Assembly: GCA_038279365.1 (NCBI GenBank)
Contig: JAYODI010000008.1
Location: 61,425-125,424 of the forward strand
Direction of reading: 5' to 3'
Source: Candidatus Latescibacterota bacterium
GTDB taxonomy: Bacteria; Latescibacterota; UBA2968
DNA: 64,000 bases
The notes under the pieces: generated by a model
What the model saw: only the letters and a program-made list of their open reading frames with translations
What the model was told of the DNA's origin: nothing
Databases searched by the model: none
Part shown: positions 9,516 to 18,790 of the stretch, one piece after another
How the letters are laid out: each line of letters starts with the position of its first letter
How positions within the stretch are numbered: position 1 is the first letter of the stretch
Position numbers and translations under genes: made by a program

Positions 9516-10262
9516 ATGGCCCATCTAACACCTGAAGACAAAGCCTTTTTCAAAAAAAATGGCTACCTTGTGAAACACGACTTGCTCACCGACAAGCAAT
9601 TAAACGACGCATTGGATGTGGTTTGGGATAACATAGACTGCGACCGCAACGATCCAAAAAGTTGGATCAATGCGGGCCCCAATCACCCAGCCATAGGCGC
9701 ACACCCAGCCATACGATCCACACATTATGAAACCCCTCTTTTTGAAATGGCCGAAGAACTTGTTGGCAAGGGCAAGCTCAACAGCCATACAAATCCTGGC
9801 CCACATTTTCGTTATCCAACAGGGGAATCAGATTGGGAATTGCCCCGTCATGGACATCTCGATGGCTATTACACCCCCACCAACGGCGTGCCAGAAGGAA
9901 CCGTAGGACGTTTTCAAGTCGGTGCATCCTTTTATCTAAACAACGTGGTTCACAAAGGTGGGGCCTTTACGGTGTGGCCAGGCACACACATCCAAGCAGG
10001 CGAATACTTCAAAACACACTCTTTGCTCAGTTTCAAGGGGGGCGATGCCAACAAAACCTTCACCATGCCAGACCCGGTCGAAATCACGGGTGGTCCGGGC
10101 ACTGTTTGCTTTTGGCATGGCCAATTGATGCACACCGGTGCAAAAAACTGTGCTGAAGAAATTCGTATGGCACTCATCACCCGCTTTAGCCGCAACGATA
10201 TAAACGATATACTTTTCGAATTTCCCGAAGATATTTGGGCCTATTACGAAGGCATCAACTGA
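9516..10262 (+). CDS. Phytanoyl-CoA dioxygenase (PhyH)-like Fe/2OG protein
   Basis: FFKKNGYL, HLD, WPGTH, GTVCFWHGQLMH, R..L motifs. Confidence 0.8.
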   Translation: MAHLTPEDKAFFKKNGYLVKHDLLTDKQLNDALDVVWDNIDCDRNDPKSWINAGPNHPAIGAHPAIRSTHYETPLFEMAEELVGKGKLNSHTNPGPHFRYPTGESDWELPRHGHLDGYYTPTNGVPEGTVGRFQVGASFYLNNVVHKGGAFTVWPGTHIQAGEYFKTHSLLSFKGGDANKTFTMPDPVEITGGPGTVCFWHGQLMHTGAKNCAEEIRMALITRFSRNDINDILFEFPEDIWAYYEGIN

Positions 10263-10336
10263 TGTCTTGCTTTACCAAAACCACCATCTAAAACATTAGA
10301 ATTGTAAACTCCAATTCTCAACAGGAGCCATCCTTT

Positions 10337-11110
10337 ATGAACCTCAGTTTTAGTACTACAGCTTGCCCCAAAGCAGAACTTCCCGAAGCCTTAGAAATTT
10401 GTAAAGCTGCCGGATTTGACAAAATTGAATTGTTTCGCACCTGGACAGAGAGTTCACCCGTTCACGACAACACATCAGTGCCCATGGTGCGTGATCGCCT
10501 CAATCAGGCAGGGGTTACCCTCACAGGCTTAAACATTCGCAACATCACAGGCCGCAAAGCCGATTCAGATGAACGCGACTTAGGTTATAACCTTCGCCAA
10601 ATCACTTGGGACATTCACCTTGCACGTGCCCTCCATCTCACGTCGGCCAACACCAAAGGTGGACAACGCACAGAAGAAGCCCTTGCTGACCTGATAGAGG
10701 GCGTTAATACCACCCTTGAACGCATGGAAAACTTCACACTCAACTTGGGCAATCACGCAGGCAACCGGCTCCAAGGGCTCGAAGACTATCAGGCCGTCAT
10801 GCCCCATGTTCACGAACGTGCCAAAATCTTGCTCGACACCGGCCACTTACTCACCGCAGGTGAAGATATTTTACGTTTTGCAGAAACTTTTGCAGATCGC
10901 ATTGGCTTGGTACACCTTCGCGACCAAAAAGGTGACACACCCGTACCCTTTGGTGAGGGAGATTTGCCATTTGAAGAACTCATCCAAATCCTCAAAGGTG
11001 TAGGGTATGATGGCACATTGGTCATTGAACTTGAAAAGATCACTTGGGGGGCCCCAGCAGAAGCCGCCGCCACAGCAAAAGCATACATTGAAAATCTTTT
11101 AGCCTCTTAA
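10337..11110 (+). CDS. Sugar phosphate isomerase/epimerase (xylose isomerase-like TIM barrel)
   Basis: GFDKIEL, LDTGH, VHLRD, GEGDLPF, GYDG.LVIELE. Confidence 0.82.
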   Translation: MNLSFSTTACPKAELPEALEICKAAGFDKIELFRTWTESSPVHDNTSVPMVRDRLNQAGVTLTGLNIRNITGRKADSDERDLGYNLRQITWDIHLARALHLTSANTKGGQRTEEALADLIEGVNTTLERMENFTLNLGNHAGNRLQGLEDYQAVMPHVHERAKILLDTGHLLTAGEDILRFAETFADRIGLVHLRDQKGDTPVPFGEGDLPFEELIQILKGVGYDGTLVIELEKITWGAPAEAAATAKAYIENLLAS

Positions 11111-11119
11111 AAATAACCT

Positions 11120-12367
11120 ATGGCCCATGCCCTCGGTCGTCATGTTCTGATCGAACTCCACGACTGCCAACAACATCTCAATGACGTAACAGCCATTGAA
11201 ACACACATGATTGCAGCCGCCCATGCTGCTGGTGCCACCGTCATCAACACCACCTTCCATCACTTTGCTCCCATGGGTGTATCGGGCGTGGTGGTCATTC
11301 AAGAAAGTCATTTGGCCATTCACACATGGCCAGAGCAGCGCTTTGCAGCCATAGATATTTTCACCTGTGGTCGCAATATTGATCCTTGGCGTGCCGTCTC
11401 TTATCTAAAGCGTGCCTTTCAGGCACAAAGAGGAGATGCGCGCGAAATTCCAAGAGGAGAAGTGCCCAATACCCCAACAGCCCCTTATCCTTCCGCCTCA
11501 CAATCACACCCCATTCAACACAATCTTTGGTTTACCGAAAGATCTGACAACCTGGCACTCTCATTGCGCCACACGGGTGTGGCCTTTCAAACCCAGTCTC
11601 CCTACCAAAAAATAGAGGTGCTCAATACCGTAGGATATGGGCGAATGTTGGTGCTTGACGGACAAATTATGTGCACCGAAAAAGACGAATGCGTGTATCA
11701 TGAAATGCTTGTGCATGTACCCATCCTGTTGCACCCCGCCCCACAAAAAATACTCGTCATAGGTGGCGGTGATGGTGGTGCCGTTAGAGAACTGATACGC
11801 CATCAACACATCCAACATATCGACTTGGTCGAAATTGATGAGAGGGTGGTGCAAACCGCCCGCGATTATTTACCCACTTTGTCCAACCAACTGGACAACA
11901 AACGCGTTCATATCCACATACAAGATGGCACACAATTTATTAAAACAGCACAAGAGCATACGTATGATATTATTCTCATAGATATCCCTGGCGAAGAAAC
12001 ATTACAATCTCAAAAATTCTACCAAGCCATCTATCGCGCACTTAAAGAAGATGGTATCATGGTGGCCCAAATTGCCCCGCCCGTATTCTTCAATCCCAAT
12101 TTCCCCAAAACAATCCAAGCCCAACAACACGTTTTCCAAACCGTACATCCGTATTTTGCATTTATACCCACATACGCCACCGGCATGTTGAGTTTCTCAT
12201 TGGCAAGTAAAAACCATATTCAACCCAACCCAATATTCGATGAACAAAAAGCACAGCAATTCACCGCCGCCCACCCACTTCAATACTACACAACAGATAT
12301 TCACAAAGCGAGTTTTGCAATTCCACCCTTTGTGCAAACCCTTTTGACTTCTGGAGAACCCTCTTGA
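11120..12367 (+). CDS. speD-speE: Fused S-adenosylmethionine decarboxylase proenzyme / polyamine aminopropyltransferase
   Basis: N-terminal GVSGVVVIQESHLAIHTWPE...DIFTCG (SpeD); C-terminal QSPYQ, LDG, YHEML, LVIGGGDGG, VEID (SpeE). Confidence 0.92.
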   Translation: MAHALGRHVLIELHDCQQHLNDVTAIETHMIAAAHAAGATVINTTFHHFAPMGVSGVVVIQESHLAIHTWPEQRFAAIDIFTCGRNIDPWRAVSYLKRAFQAQRGDAREIPRGEVPNTPTAPYPSASQSHPIQHNLWFTERSDNLALSLRHTGVAFQTQSPYQKIEVLNTVGYGRMLVLDGQIMCTEKDECVYHEMLVHVPILLHPAPQKILVIGGGDGGAVRELIRHQHIQHIDLVEIDERVVQTARDYLPTLSNQLDNKRVHIHIQDGTQFIKTAQEHTYDIILIDIPGEETLQSQKFYQAIYRALKEDGIMVAQIAPPVFFNPNFPKTIQAQQHVFQTVHPYFAFIPTYATGMLSFSLASKNHIQPNPIFDEQKAQQFTAAHPLQYYTTDIHKASFAIPPFVQTLLTSGEPS

Positions 12368-13158
12368 AACTCACCTTTCTTGGAACTTGTAGTGGCACAG
12401 AACCGATGCCAGATCGTTTTCATACCTCTTATGTGATTGAACACAACGGTGGTGTTTATTGGTTTGATGCAGGCGAAGGATGCTCTTACAATGCCCATCT
12501 GTTGGGCATTGACATTCTCGCCATACAATCACTCTGTTTTTCACATTGCCACCTTGATCATGTGGGAGGGCTGGTTAACCTATTGGGAACCATTCGCAAA
12601 CTTGAAGGCCGAAATGAAGACCCCACTCACAGCATTGCAGGACGAACCATTCCCGTTCGCATTCCCAATTTGCATGTATGGGAAGGTGCTCTGAGCGTAC
12701 TTCAAGGCCCATCCAATTCGTGCCATCTCCCATTTGAAAGCGATGTTCAAACCTATTCAGATGGCGTCATATTGGATCAAAACGGTCTCAAAGTGACGGC
12801 ATTACACAACCGCCACCTTGGTGAACCACCACCAGGCACACCTTGGCAATCCTTCTCTTTTCGCATTGAAACAGCCACGCACACCATCGTCTCATCAGGT
12901 GACATCAAACACGTCAGCGAAGTCGTTCCACTCATTGACAAAGGATGTGACCTTTTTCTTATGGAAACAGGCCACCACCAAGTGGATGAAGTGTGTACCT
13001 ACCTCATGGAAAACGATGTGCCATTTGGTCGTTTGGGATTTTTTCACCACGGACGAGCCATTCTCGCCGATCCACAAGGAGAATGTGCCAAAGCCCAAAG
13101 CATTGTTGGAGATCGCGTGTTTGTTGCCGATGACGGCATGGTTATTCATTTGACCTAA
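12364..13158 (+). CDS. MBL-fold metallohydrolase (RNase Z-like)
   Basis: LTFLGT, FDAGEG, SHCHLDH (HxHxDH), SGD. Confidence 0.82.
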   Translation: MKLTFLGTCSGTEPMPDRFHTSYVIEHNGGVYWFDAGEGCSYNAHLLGIDILAIQSLCFSHCHLDHVGGLVNLLGTIRKLEGRNEDPTHSIAGRTIPVRIPNLHVWEGALSVLQGPSNSCHLPFESDVQTYSDGVILDQNGLKVTALHNRHLGEPPPGTPWQSFSFRIETATHTIVSSGDIKHVSEVVPLIDKGCDLFLMETGHHQVDEVCTYLMENDVPFGRLGFFHHGRAILADPQGECAKAQSIVGDRVFVADDGMVIHLT

Positions 13159-13298
13159 CAACAAGCTCTTGGCCATCATTGTGATGCTTTTTATAAATCT
13201 CACCACGATCACAACATATGTTTTATGTCTGCTTGACACCATCTGTTGCGGAAGGTATTTTTCAACAGTTAAACAGATCACTCACAAGGGGACATCTT

Positions 13299-13556
13299 AT
13301 GACAGCCACCCACGTAGCGACCTTAAAAGAAACGCTTCAAAACATGTTTGAAGCCATTGAAAAAAAAGAGAACATTGCCGAACACATTTTAAAACTTGAT
13401 GCGATCCAAAAAGAAGTCGCAAACAGTGCCCCCGCACAACTGCGTCACTTTCTTGAGCGCCGCAGCTACACCAAAGCGCTCGAATATCTCCAAACGGGCA
13501 TTGTTATTGATGACCCCAACAGACCCGATTGTGAAGATGATGCGCACCCACATTGA
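13299..13556 (+). CDS. Small hypothetical helical protein
   Basis: AAGGGG RBS, TTGACA upstream at 13233; amphipathic helices; LRHFLERRSYTKAL. Confidence 0.65.
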   Translation: MTATHVATLKETLQNMFEAIEKKENIAEHILKLDAIQKEVANSAPAQLRHFLERRSYTKALEYLQTGIVIDDPNRPDCEDDAHPH

Positions 13557-13607
13557 TCTTTTCCTATCTGTGCATTTTTAAATTTCCCCATCCTTGAGGA
13601 GTATGCC

Positions 13608-13913
13608 ATGCCTATCCAAACGCGCACCGATGTAAAAGGCCTGTCAAAATATTTTTTAGCCGACGGAGCTACCAACGACAAATTGCGCCTCCATATATCA
13701 GAAGTTGGCCCCGAACAACGCTCTCACCCACCGCACACCCATGAAGGGCAAGAAATATTCTATATCCTTCAAGGACAAGGCGAGGTTGAAGTGGCTGACG
13801 AAACGTTCCTCGTCAACGAAGGCGAAGCCCTACAAGTGGATTGCCAAATTCCACACGGCATCAAAAATGCAGGCAGTGGCAACATGAAATATGCGGTTAT
13901 TATTGCCAAATAA
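13608..13913 (+). CDS. Cupin domain protein
   Basis: HPPHTH..QEIFYILQG...PHGIKN; GAGGAG RBS. Confidence 0.85.
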   Translation: MPIQTRTDVKGLSKYFLADGATNDKLRLHISEVGPEQRSHPPHTHEGQEIFYILQGQGEVEVADETFLVNEGEALQVDCQIPHGIKNAGSGNMKYAVIIAK

Positions 13914-13953
13914 CGATTCAATCTCAAACAAAATCCATCAGAGAGGATGGTTC

Positions 13954-14721
13954 ATGATCAACAGCATCCGAGAACGCATACTCAACCGCGAGCTCTTGAC
14001 GGGCACATTTTTGAGTTTGGGAAACAGCATCACCGTAGAAATAGCGGGCAACAGCGGTTTCGATTGGCTCTTACTCGATGTGGAACACGGCAGTGGCAGT
14101 CATTCTCACCTGATTCATCAAATCCAAGCCACCGGTGCCACACCTGCAGCACCTTTTGTGCGCATCGAAGACAACCAAACCGCTCGTTTTAAACGCGTGC
14201 TCGATTTGGGTGCATCTGGCATCATGATTCCTTACGTGCGCAGTGTTGAAGATGCCGAACAAGCCGTTTCGGCCATGCGTTATCCCCCAAGAGGAATTCG
14301 CGGTGTTGCCAAACTCAGCCGAGGATCGGGTTTTGGTGCCAATTTTGAAACATACTTTGAAAAAGGGCACGAACTGCTCACCACCGTCATTCAAATTGAA
14401 ACAGCAGAAGCCCTCAAAGATATCGATCGTATTGCCGCCGTTGATGGCGTAGATGTACTTTTTGTTGGCCCAATGGATCTCACCGTGAATATGGGGATTA
14501 GAGAACAATTTGATCACCCAGATTACATCACTGCCAGAAAAAAAATCGCCGACACCGCCAAAAATGCAGGCAAAGCCGCAGGTATCCTGCTACAAAATAC
14601 CGACCAAATACCCGAAGCCATTGAACAGGGGTATACATTTGTCGCTATCGGATCAGATATTGCGTTGGTCAATGCAGGCATGCGCCAACTCTCATCAGCC
14701 TTCGACACCTATCGAAAATAA
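13954..14721 (+). CDS. HpcH/HpaI aldolase family protein
   Basis: FDWLLLDVEHG, YPPRGIRG, QIET, FVGPMDL. Confidence 0.9.
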   Translation: MINSIRERILNRELLTGTFLSLGNSITVEIAGNSGFDWLLLDVEHGSGSHSHLIHQIQATGATPAAPFVRIEDNQTARFKRVLDLGASGIMIPYVRSVEDAEQAVSAMRYPPRGIRGVAKLSRGSGFGANFETYFEKGHELLTTVIQIETAEALKDIDRIAAVDGVDVLFVGPMDLTVNMGIREQFDHPDYITARKKIADTAKNAGKAAGILLQNTDQIPEAIEQGYTFVAIGSDIALVNAGMRQLSSAFDTYRK

Positions 14722-14724
14722 ACC

Positions 14725-15837
14725 ATGTCACAAACTTTTGATGTGATCATCATTGGTGGAGGAGCCATCGGTTGTACAACCGCCTATTTCCTTACAGAAA
14801 AAGGCCTCAGCGTTGCCTTATTTGACAAAGGAAAACTTGGCCATGAAGCATCATGGGCATCTGCTGGAATGATTGGGCCTGCTTCTGCTCCAGGTATTCC
14901 GTGGTATCAAGAAACAACCACCTTATCCAAACAGCTTTACGATGAACTCGATCAGCGTCTATTCGGCATCACCGGTCGCAAAATAGGTTATGGTGGTCAA
15001 GGCATGCTCACCATTGCCACCAACGAACAAGAAGCACACATCCTACGCAGAGAAATTGCACACTTACAATCGTCTCACATTTCAGCCGAATTGCTAACCG
15101 GTCAAGAAGCACAAAAACAAGAGCCCGCTCTGCCACAAGAAACCATTGCTGCCATTTGGCTCAAAGACAATCGCTATCTTGATGCAAGAACTTATACCGA
15201 AGTTATTGCTCAGGCCGCGTTTCTGCAAAGTGCTCAGTTTTTTTCTGGGCACCCCATTCAGAGACTTCTGCGAGATAAAAACACCGTCATTGGCGTTCAA
15301 ACCCATACAGAATCATTCTATGCCCAAACAGTCATCAATTCCGCAGGCGCTTGGGCGGGGCAAATAGATGCCCAACTTACCCTCCCAATTGAGCCCTTAC
15401 ACGGTCAAATCATGGCCTTATCCCCACCCGCTTGTGGGTTGCGTCACAACATCATGAAAGCAAACACCTGGGGGTATGCAACCCCACGAGATGATGGACG
15501 CGTGCTCATTGGGGCCACAGAAGACGAATGGGGCTATCAAAAAAAAATCACCCCCGATGGTCTTTCGCTTCTGGGGGCGATTATACGCAATATTCTGCCG
15601 TGTCTTAAGGCTTGTGAAGTCATCGATATTTGGTCGGGTTTACGTCCTGCATCTCCCGACGGTCTGCCCACCATCGGCCCAGATCCCAGGTTAGATGGCG
15701 GGTATTTGTGGGCCGCTGGGCATACGGCCTCAGGCATGATGCAAGCTCCCGCTACTGCCGTTGTTCTCACCGATTTGGTCTTAGGTGTTCAACCGCGTAT
15801 CAACACCCATCAGGTTCGTGTAGATCGTTTTTTATAA
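14725..15837 (+). CDS. FAD-dependent oxidoreductase, glycine oxidase (ThiO)/DAO family
   Basis: IIGGGAIG, ASWASAGM, GAW, WSGLRP..PDGLP.IG. Confidence 0.85.
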   Translation: MSQTFDVIIIGGGAIGCTTAYFLTEKGLSVALFDKGKLGHEASWASAGMIGPASAPGIPWYQETTTLSKQLYDELDQRLFGITGRKIGYGGQGMLTIATNEQEAHILRREIAHLQSSHISAELLTGQEAQKQEPALPQETIAAIWLKDNRYLDARTYTEVIAQAAFLQSAQFFSGHPIQRLLRDKNTVIGVQTHTESFYAQTVINSAGAWAGQIDAQLTLPIEPLHGQIMALSPPACGLRHNIMKANTWGYATPRDDGRVLIGATEDEWGYQKKITPDGLSLLGAIIRNILPCLKACEVIDIWSGLRPASPDGLPTIGPDPRLDGGYLWAAGHTASGMMQAPATAVVLTDLVLGVQPRINTHQVRVDRFL

Positions 15838-15845
15838 AAGGGATC

Positions 15846-16988
15846 TTATTCAAACGCTTTGTGCAAACGATCCATAATATGCATCAACAAATTTTGTGTT
15901 GTTTCTTCAAAGTCTGTATTTTCATAAGCCAAAATTTTATGCTCTTTACCAATAGACAAAATATGTTGTTGAATTTGTAAAATGGTGTCTATATTTTCAA
16001 TATAACGATGTGCTGAACGTTTTTCCGCCTCCAGACCACGTCGCTTAAAACGTTCGGCATAGTGTTTCGCGTCTTCAATGTACAAATTGACCCAAACAAA
16101 AACAGCATCATTCAAAAAAGGTTTGAGATCGATTAAGTCAGGCAAGAGGTGAACGCCATCAATAATAATACTGTCATTTTCTTCTAATGCGCGTTCAACA
16201 ATGGCTTTGACTCCCACACCAACGCGCATAACCTGTTCTCTAAAGGCCGCAATGACAGGATGGGGATCCCCTACAGAAACAGCCCCCGCAACTTTCCAAG
16301 CCGTATAAGAGGAAGCATGAATAGCCGGCATGAGATCTGGCGAAATCATCAAGCGCATAATTTGCCGAATCGCATCGGTTGATACCACACGCGAAATACG
16401 AAGCTGATTGGCCAATGCAACACTCACAGATGTTTTACCAACACCACTAGCTCCCCCAATCAAAACAACCAAAGGTTTGTGGCGATCTTCATTTCGAAAG
16501 CGAAACCATGTGCGATAGCGTTCTACAAACGCTTCACCACCTTCCTTTTTGAGCAATTGCGTAATGCGCTTAACCAAATTTTTTCGAGCAATCTCTTCTT
16601 GATCAGTACTTAACAAATCGACTTTCACACGCCGAGCAATTTCATGAGCCAAGTCGTGGTCTAAACCTGTTGCATGCAACGAATCGGCCAACCGCTCCTG
16701 AGAAAAAAGTGTGCGATTTTCACCATCTTCTACAAATATTTGTCGGGCAGTGGGTTCCCAAAACACACCATCGCCAACAGCGCGCGCACCAAACTCTTTG
16801 GTGGCAAAAGTGCGCACCATTTCAGCCATCTCTTTGGCGGGTATGTCTTTCACCTTCTGCAAACCACGGCGCACACGATCTGCAACACCATAGGCTTCTT
16901 GAAATGTGAACCCATGTTCAATGAGATAATGTGCCAACATGCCACGTAAAAAAGGAATGCGCTTCTTACCATCAACAATGGTGGCCAA
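15846..16988 (-). CDS. 2-phosphoglycerate kinase-like P-loop kinase with N-terminal ATP-cone-like segments
   Basis: LIGGASGVGKT, STDAIRQIMR, IHASSY, IIDGVHL; PFLRGML and FSQERL ATP-cone-like starts. Confidence 0.8.
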   Translation of the reverse strand: MATIVDGKKRIPFLRGMLAHYLIEHGFTFQEAYGVADRVRRGLQKVKDIPAKEMAEMVRTFATKEFGARAVGDGVFWEPTARQIFVEDGENRTLFSQERLADSLHATGLDHDLAHEIARRVKVDLLSTDQEEIARKNLVKRITQLLKKEGGEAFVERYRTWFRFRNEDRHKPLVVLIGGASGVGKTSVSVALANQLRISRVVSTDAIRQIMRLMISPDLMPAIHASSYTAWKVAGAVSVGDPHPVIAAFREQVMRVGVGVKAIVERALEENDSIIIDGVHLLPDLIDLKPFLNDAVFVWVNLYIEDAKHYAERFKRRGLEAEKRSAHRYIENIDTILQIQQHILSIGKEHKILAYENTDFEETTQNLLMHIMDRLHKAFE

Positions 16989-17089
16989 TAGGGTTCTCCT
17001 TAAAAGATAAAATTGCTAATTATATCCTTTAATTTTAAGCCTGTTATAAAATTCAGTCAAGCAACCGCAGTTCTCCAATGGAGTCTGGT

Positions 17090-17785
17090 ATGAAATCAAG
17101 TCAAACATTGTGGCTCACCCTCTCACTATTCTTCATACTTTGTCTCTCTTCGGTTCAAGCAGACACTATCAGAACACAGAGCTTGGGAGAAATTGGTGGT
17201 GGAATATTTATTCCAACAGGATCTGATGCCAATATTGCACGCAACAGTCCTATGTTATTCATAAACGGAAGTGTTCTTATAACAAACCGCTTTGGTTTTG
17301 AAAGCGAACTCCATTATGTACCCATTTTGTTAGAAAAAAATGTATTAACCACATCGGCACATCGAAAAGCGTCACAACTTGCACTCTTAGGTGGCCTACG
17401 CGCAACAACCAGCCGCATTGCTCCCATGCCAAAACAACTCATTGGTTACGCATCAGCACGTATCGGTTTTGCCCGTATTACCGTGCGTTCCGACAGCACG
17501 GGTTTTGCTGGAGGGTGGATTGGTCGCCCCATTGATCAAATCCAAAATCCGCAGTTGGTCACAGATCCATTTACGGGCTTGCAATTTCCACAAATTACAA
17601 GACCACAAATTACCCGCCAAAAAGGCCTAGTGCTTTCCCCCAAAATAGGTACCCTTTTGCGACTCACCAAACGGTCATTTATCGATATGGCATTCACGCC
17701 CCTGTTTATTTTTGACCGTGGCGACATCACCACCCAATATTACTTCACTATAAGTTATGGACTTTCATCACAAAGTTCTTTTTAA
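17090..17785 (+). CDS. Secreted hypothetical protein, possible outer-membrane beta-barrel
   Basis: Signal peptide ending VQA; alternating beta-strand pattern; terminal Phe. Confidence 0.55.
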   Translation: MKSSQTLWLTLSLFFILCLSSVQADTIRTQSLGEIGGGIFIPTGSDANIARNSPMLFINGSVLITNRFGFESELHYVPILLEKNVLTTSAHRKASQLALLGGLRATTSRIAPMPKQLIGYASARIGFARITVRSDSTGFAGGWIGRPIDQIQNPQLVTDPFTGLQFPQITRPQITRQKGLVLSPKIGTLLRLTKRSFIDMAFTPLFIFDRGDITTQYYFTISYGLSSQSSF

Positions 17786-17794
17786 GGATGCAAC

Positions 17795-18790
17795 ATGCGG
17801 TTAAGAATAGGACAAATTGGCACGGATGGACATCAAAACATGGTGCTCAATGGCATCTCAAAAATTGAAGGTGCACAATTGGTGGCTTGTGCCAAAGGCC
17901 ATTCAGAAGATGTTCTTGAAAAAATAAAAAAACACGAGGCCTTCACCTCTCAAACTCAGGTCTACGATCATTTTGAAGACATGATCGAAAAAGAAGAACT
18001 CGACTTGGTAAGCATTTGTCGGCCCTATTCCTTAAATGCAGAAGCCGCCATTTATGTGGCACAAAAAGGCATCGACATTGTTTGTGAAAAACCCGTGGCC
18101 ACCACCCTATCAGATCTCGACCTGCTCGAAAAAACAGTTTTGAGCCAAAAAATACGCCTCACGGCTATGTTTGGCATGCGTCTTTCCCCAGCATTTCGGG
18201 CTGCAAAAAAAGCAGTTATGGAAGGACTCATTGGCCAACCCATTCTCGCAACCGGACAAAAATCGTATAAGTTTGGCACACGCCCTGCATTCTTTAAGCA
18301 ACGCGAAACCTATGGTGGCACCATTCCTTGGGTTGCCATTCATGCCATTGATTACACCCGATGGGTTTCAGGCTTGGAATATACCCAAGTGGCCGCGTTA
18401 CACGGCAACCTCAATCACCCAACTTACCCTGGATGCGAAGATCAAGGCGGCATACTCTTTCGGTTTGAAAATGGCGGTACAGCCATGATCAATCTCGATT
18501 ATTTGCGCCCTTCAACTGCCCCCACTCATGGTGATGACCGATTGCGCATTGCAGGAACAGAAGGCGTCATTGAAGTAACCGACTGTGGTACACGTACCCA
18601 TCTCATAAGAGAAGGTGATGCCCCCCGTGACCTTTCTTTAGAACCAGAAGAAGACTTTTTGGTCAACCTTTATCAAGAACGCATTGGCAAAGCCCAACAT
18701 ATCGTAGGCCCCAACGAAGCCATCAGGGTAACACGCATTTGTTTGTTGGCTCGAGAAGCTGCCGATACACAACAAATTTTGCCCCTCTAA
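17795..18790 (+). CDS. Gfo/Idh/MocA oxidoreductase
   Basis: IGQIG, CEKPVA, IHAID, GTEG. Confidence 0.88.
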   Translation: MRLRIGQIGTDGHQNMVLNGISKIEGAQLVACAKGHSEDVLEKIKKHEAFTSQTQVYDHFEDMIEKEELDLVSICRPYSLNAEAAIYVAQKGIDIVCEKPVATTLSDLDLLEKTVLSQKIRLTAMFGMRLSPAFRAAKKAVMEGLIGQPILATGQKSYKFGTRPAFFKQRETYGGTIPWVAIHAIDYTRWVSGLEYTQVAALHGNLNHPTYPGCEDQGGILFRFENGGTAMINLDYLRPSTAPTHGDDRLRIAGTEGVIEVTDCGTRTHLIREGDAPRDLSLEPEEDFLVNLYQERIGKAQHIVGPNEAIRVTRICLLAREAADTQQILPL

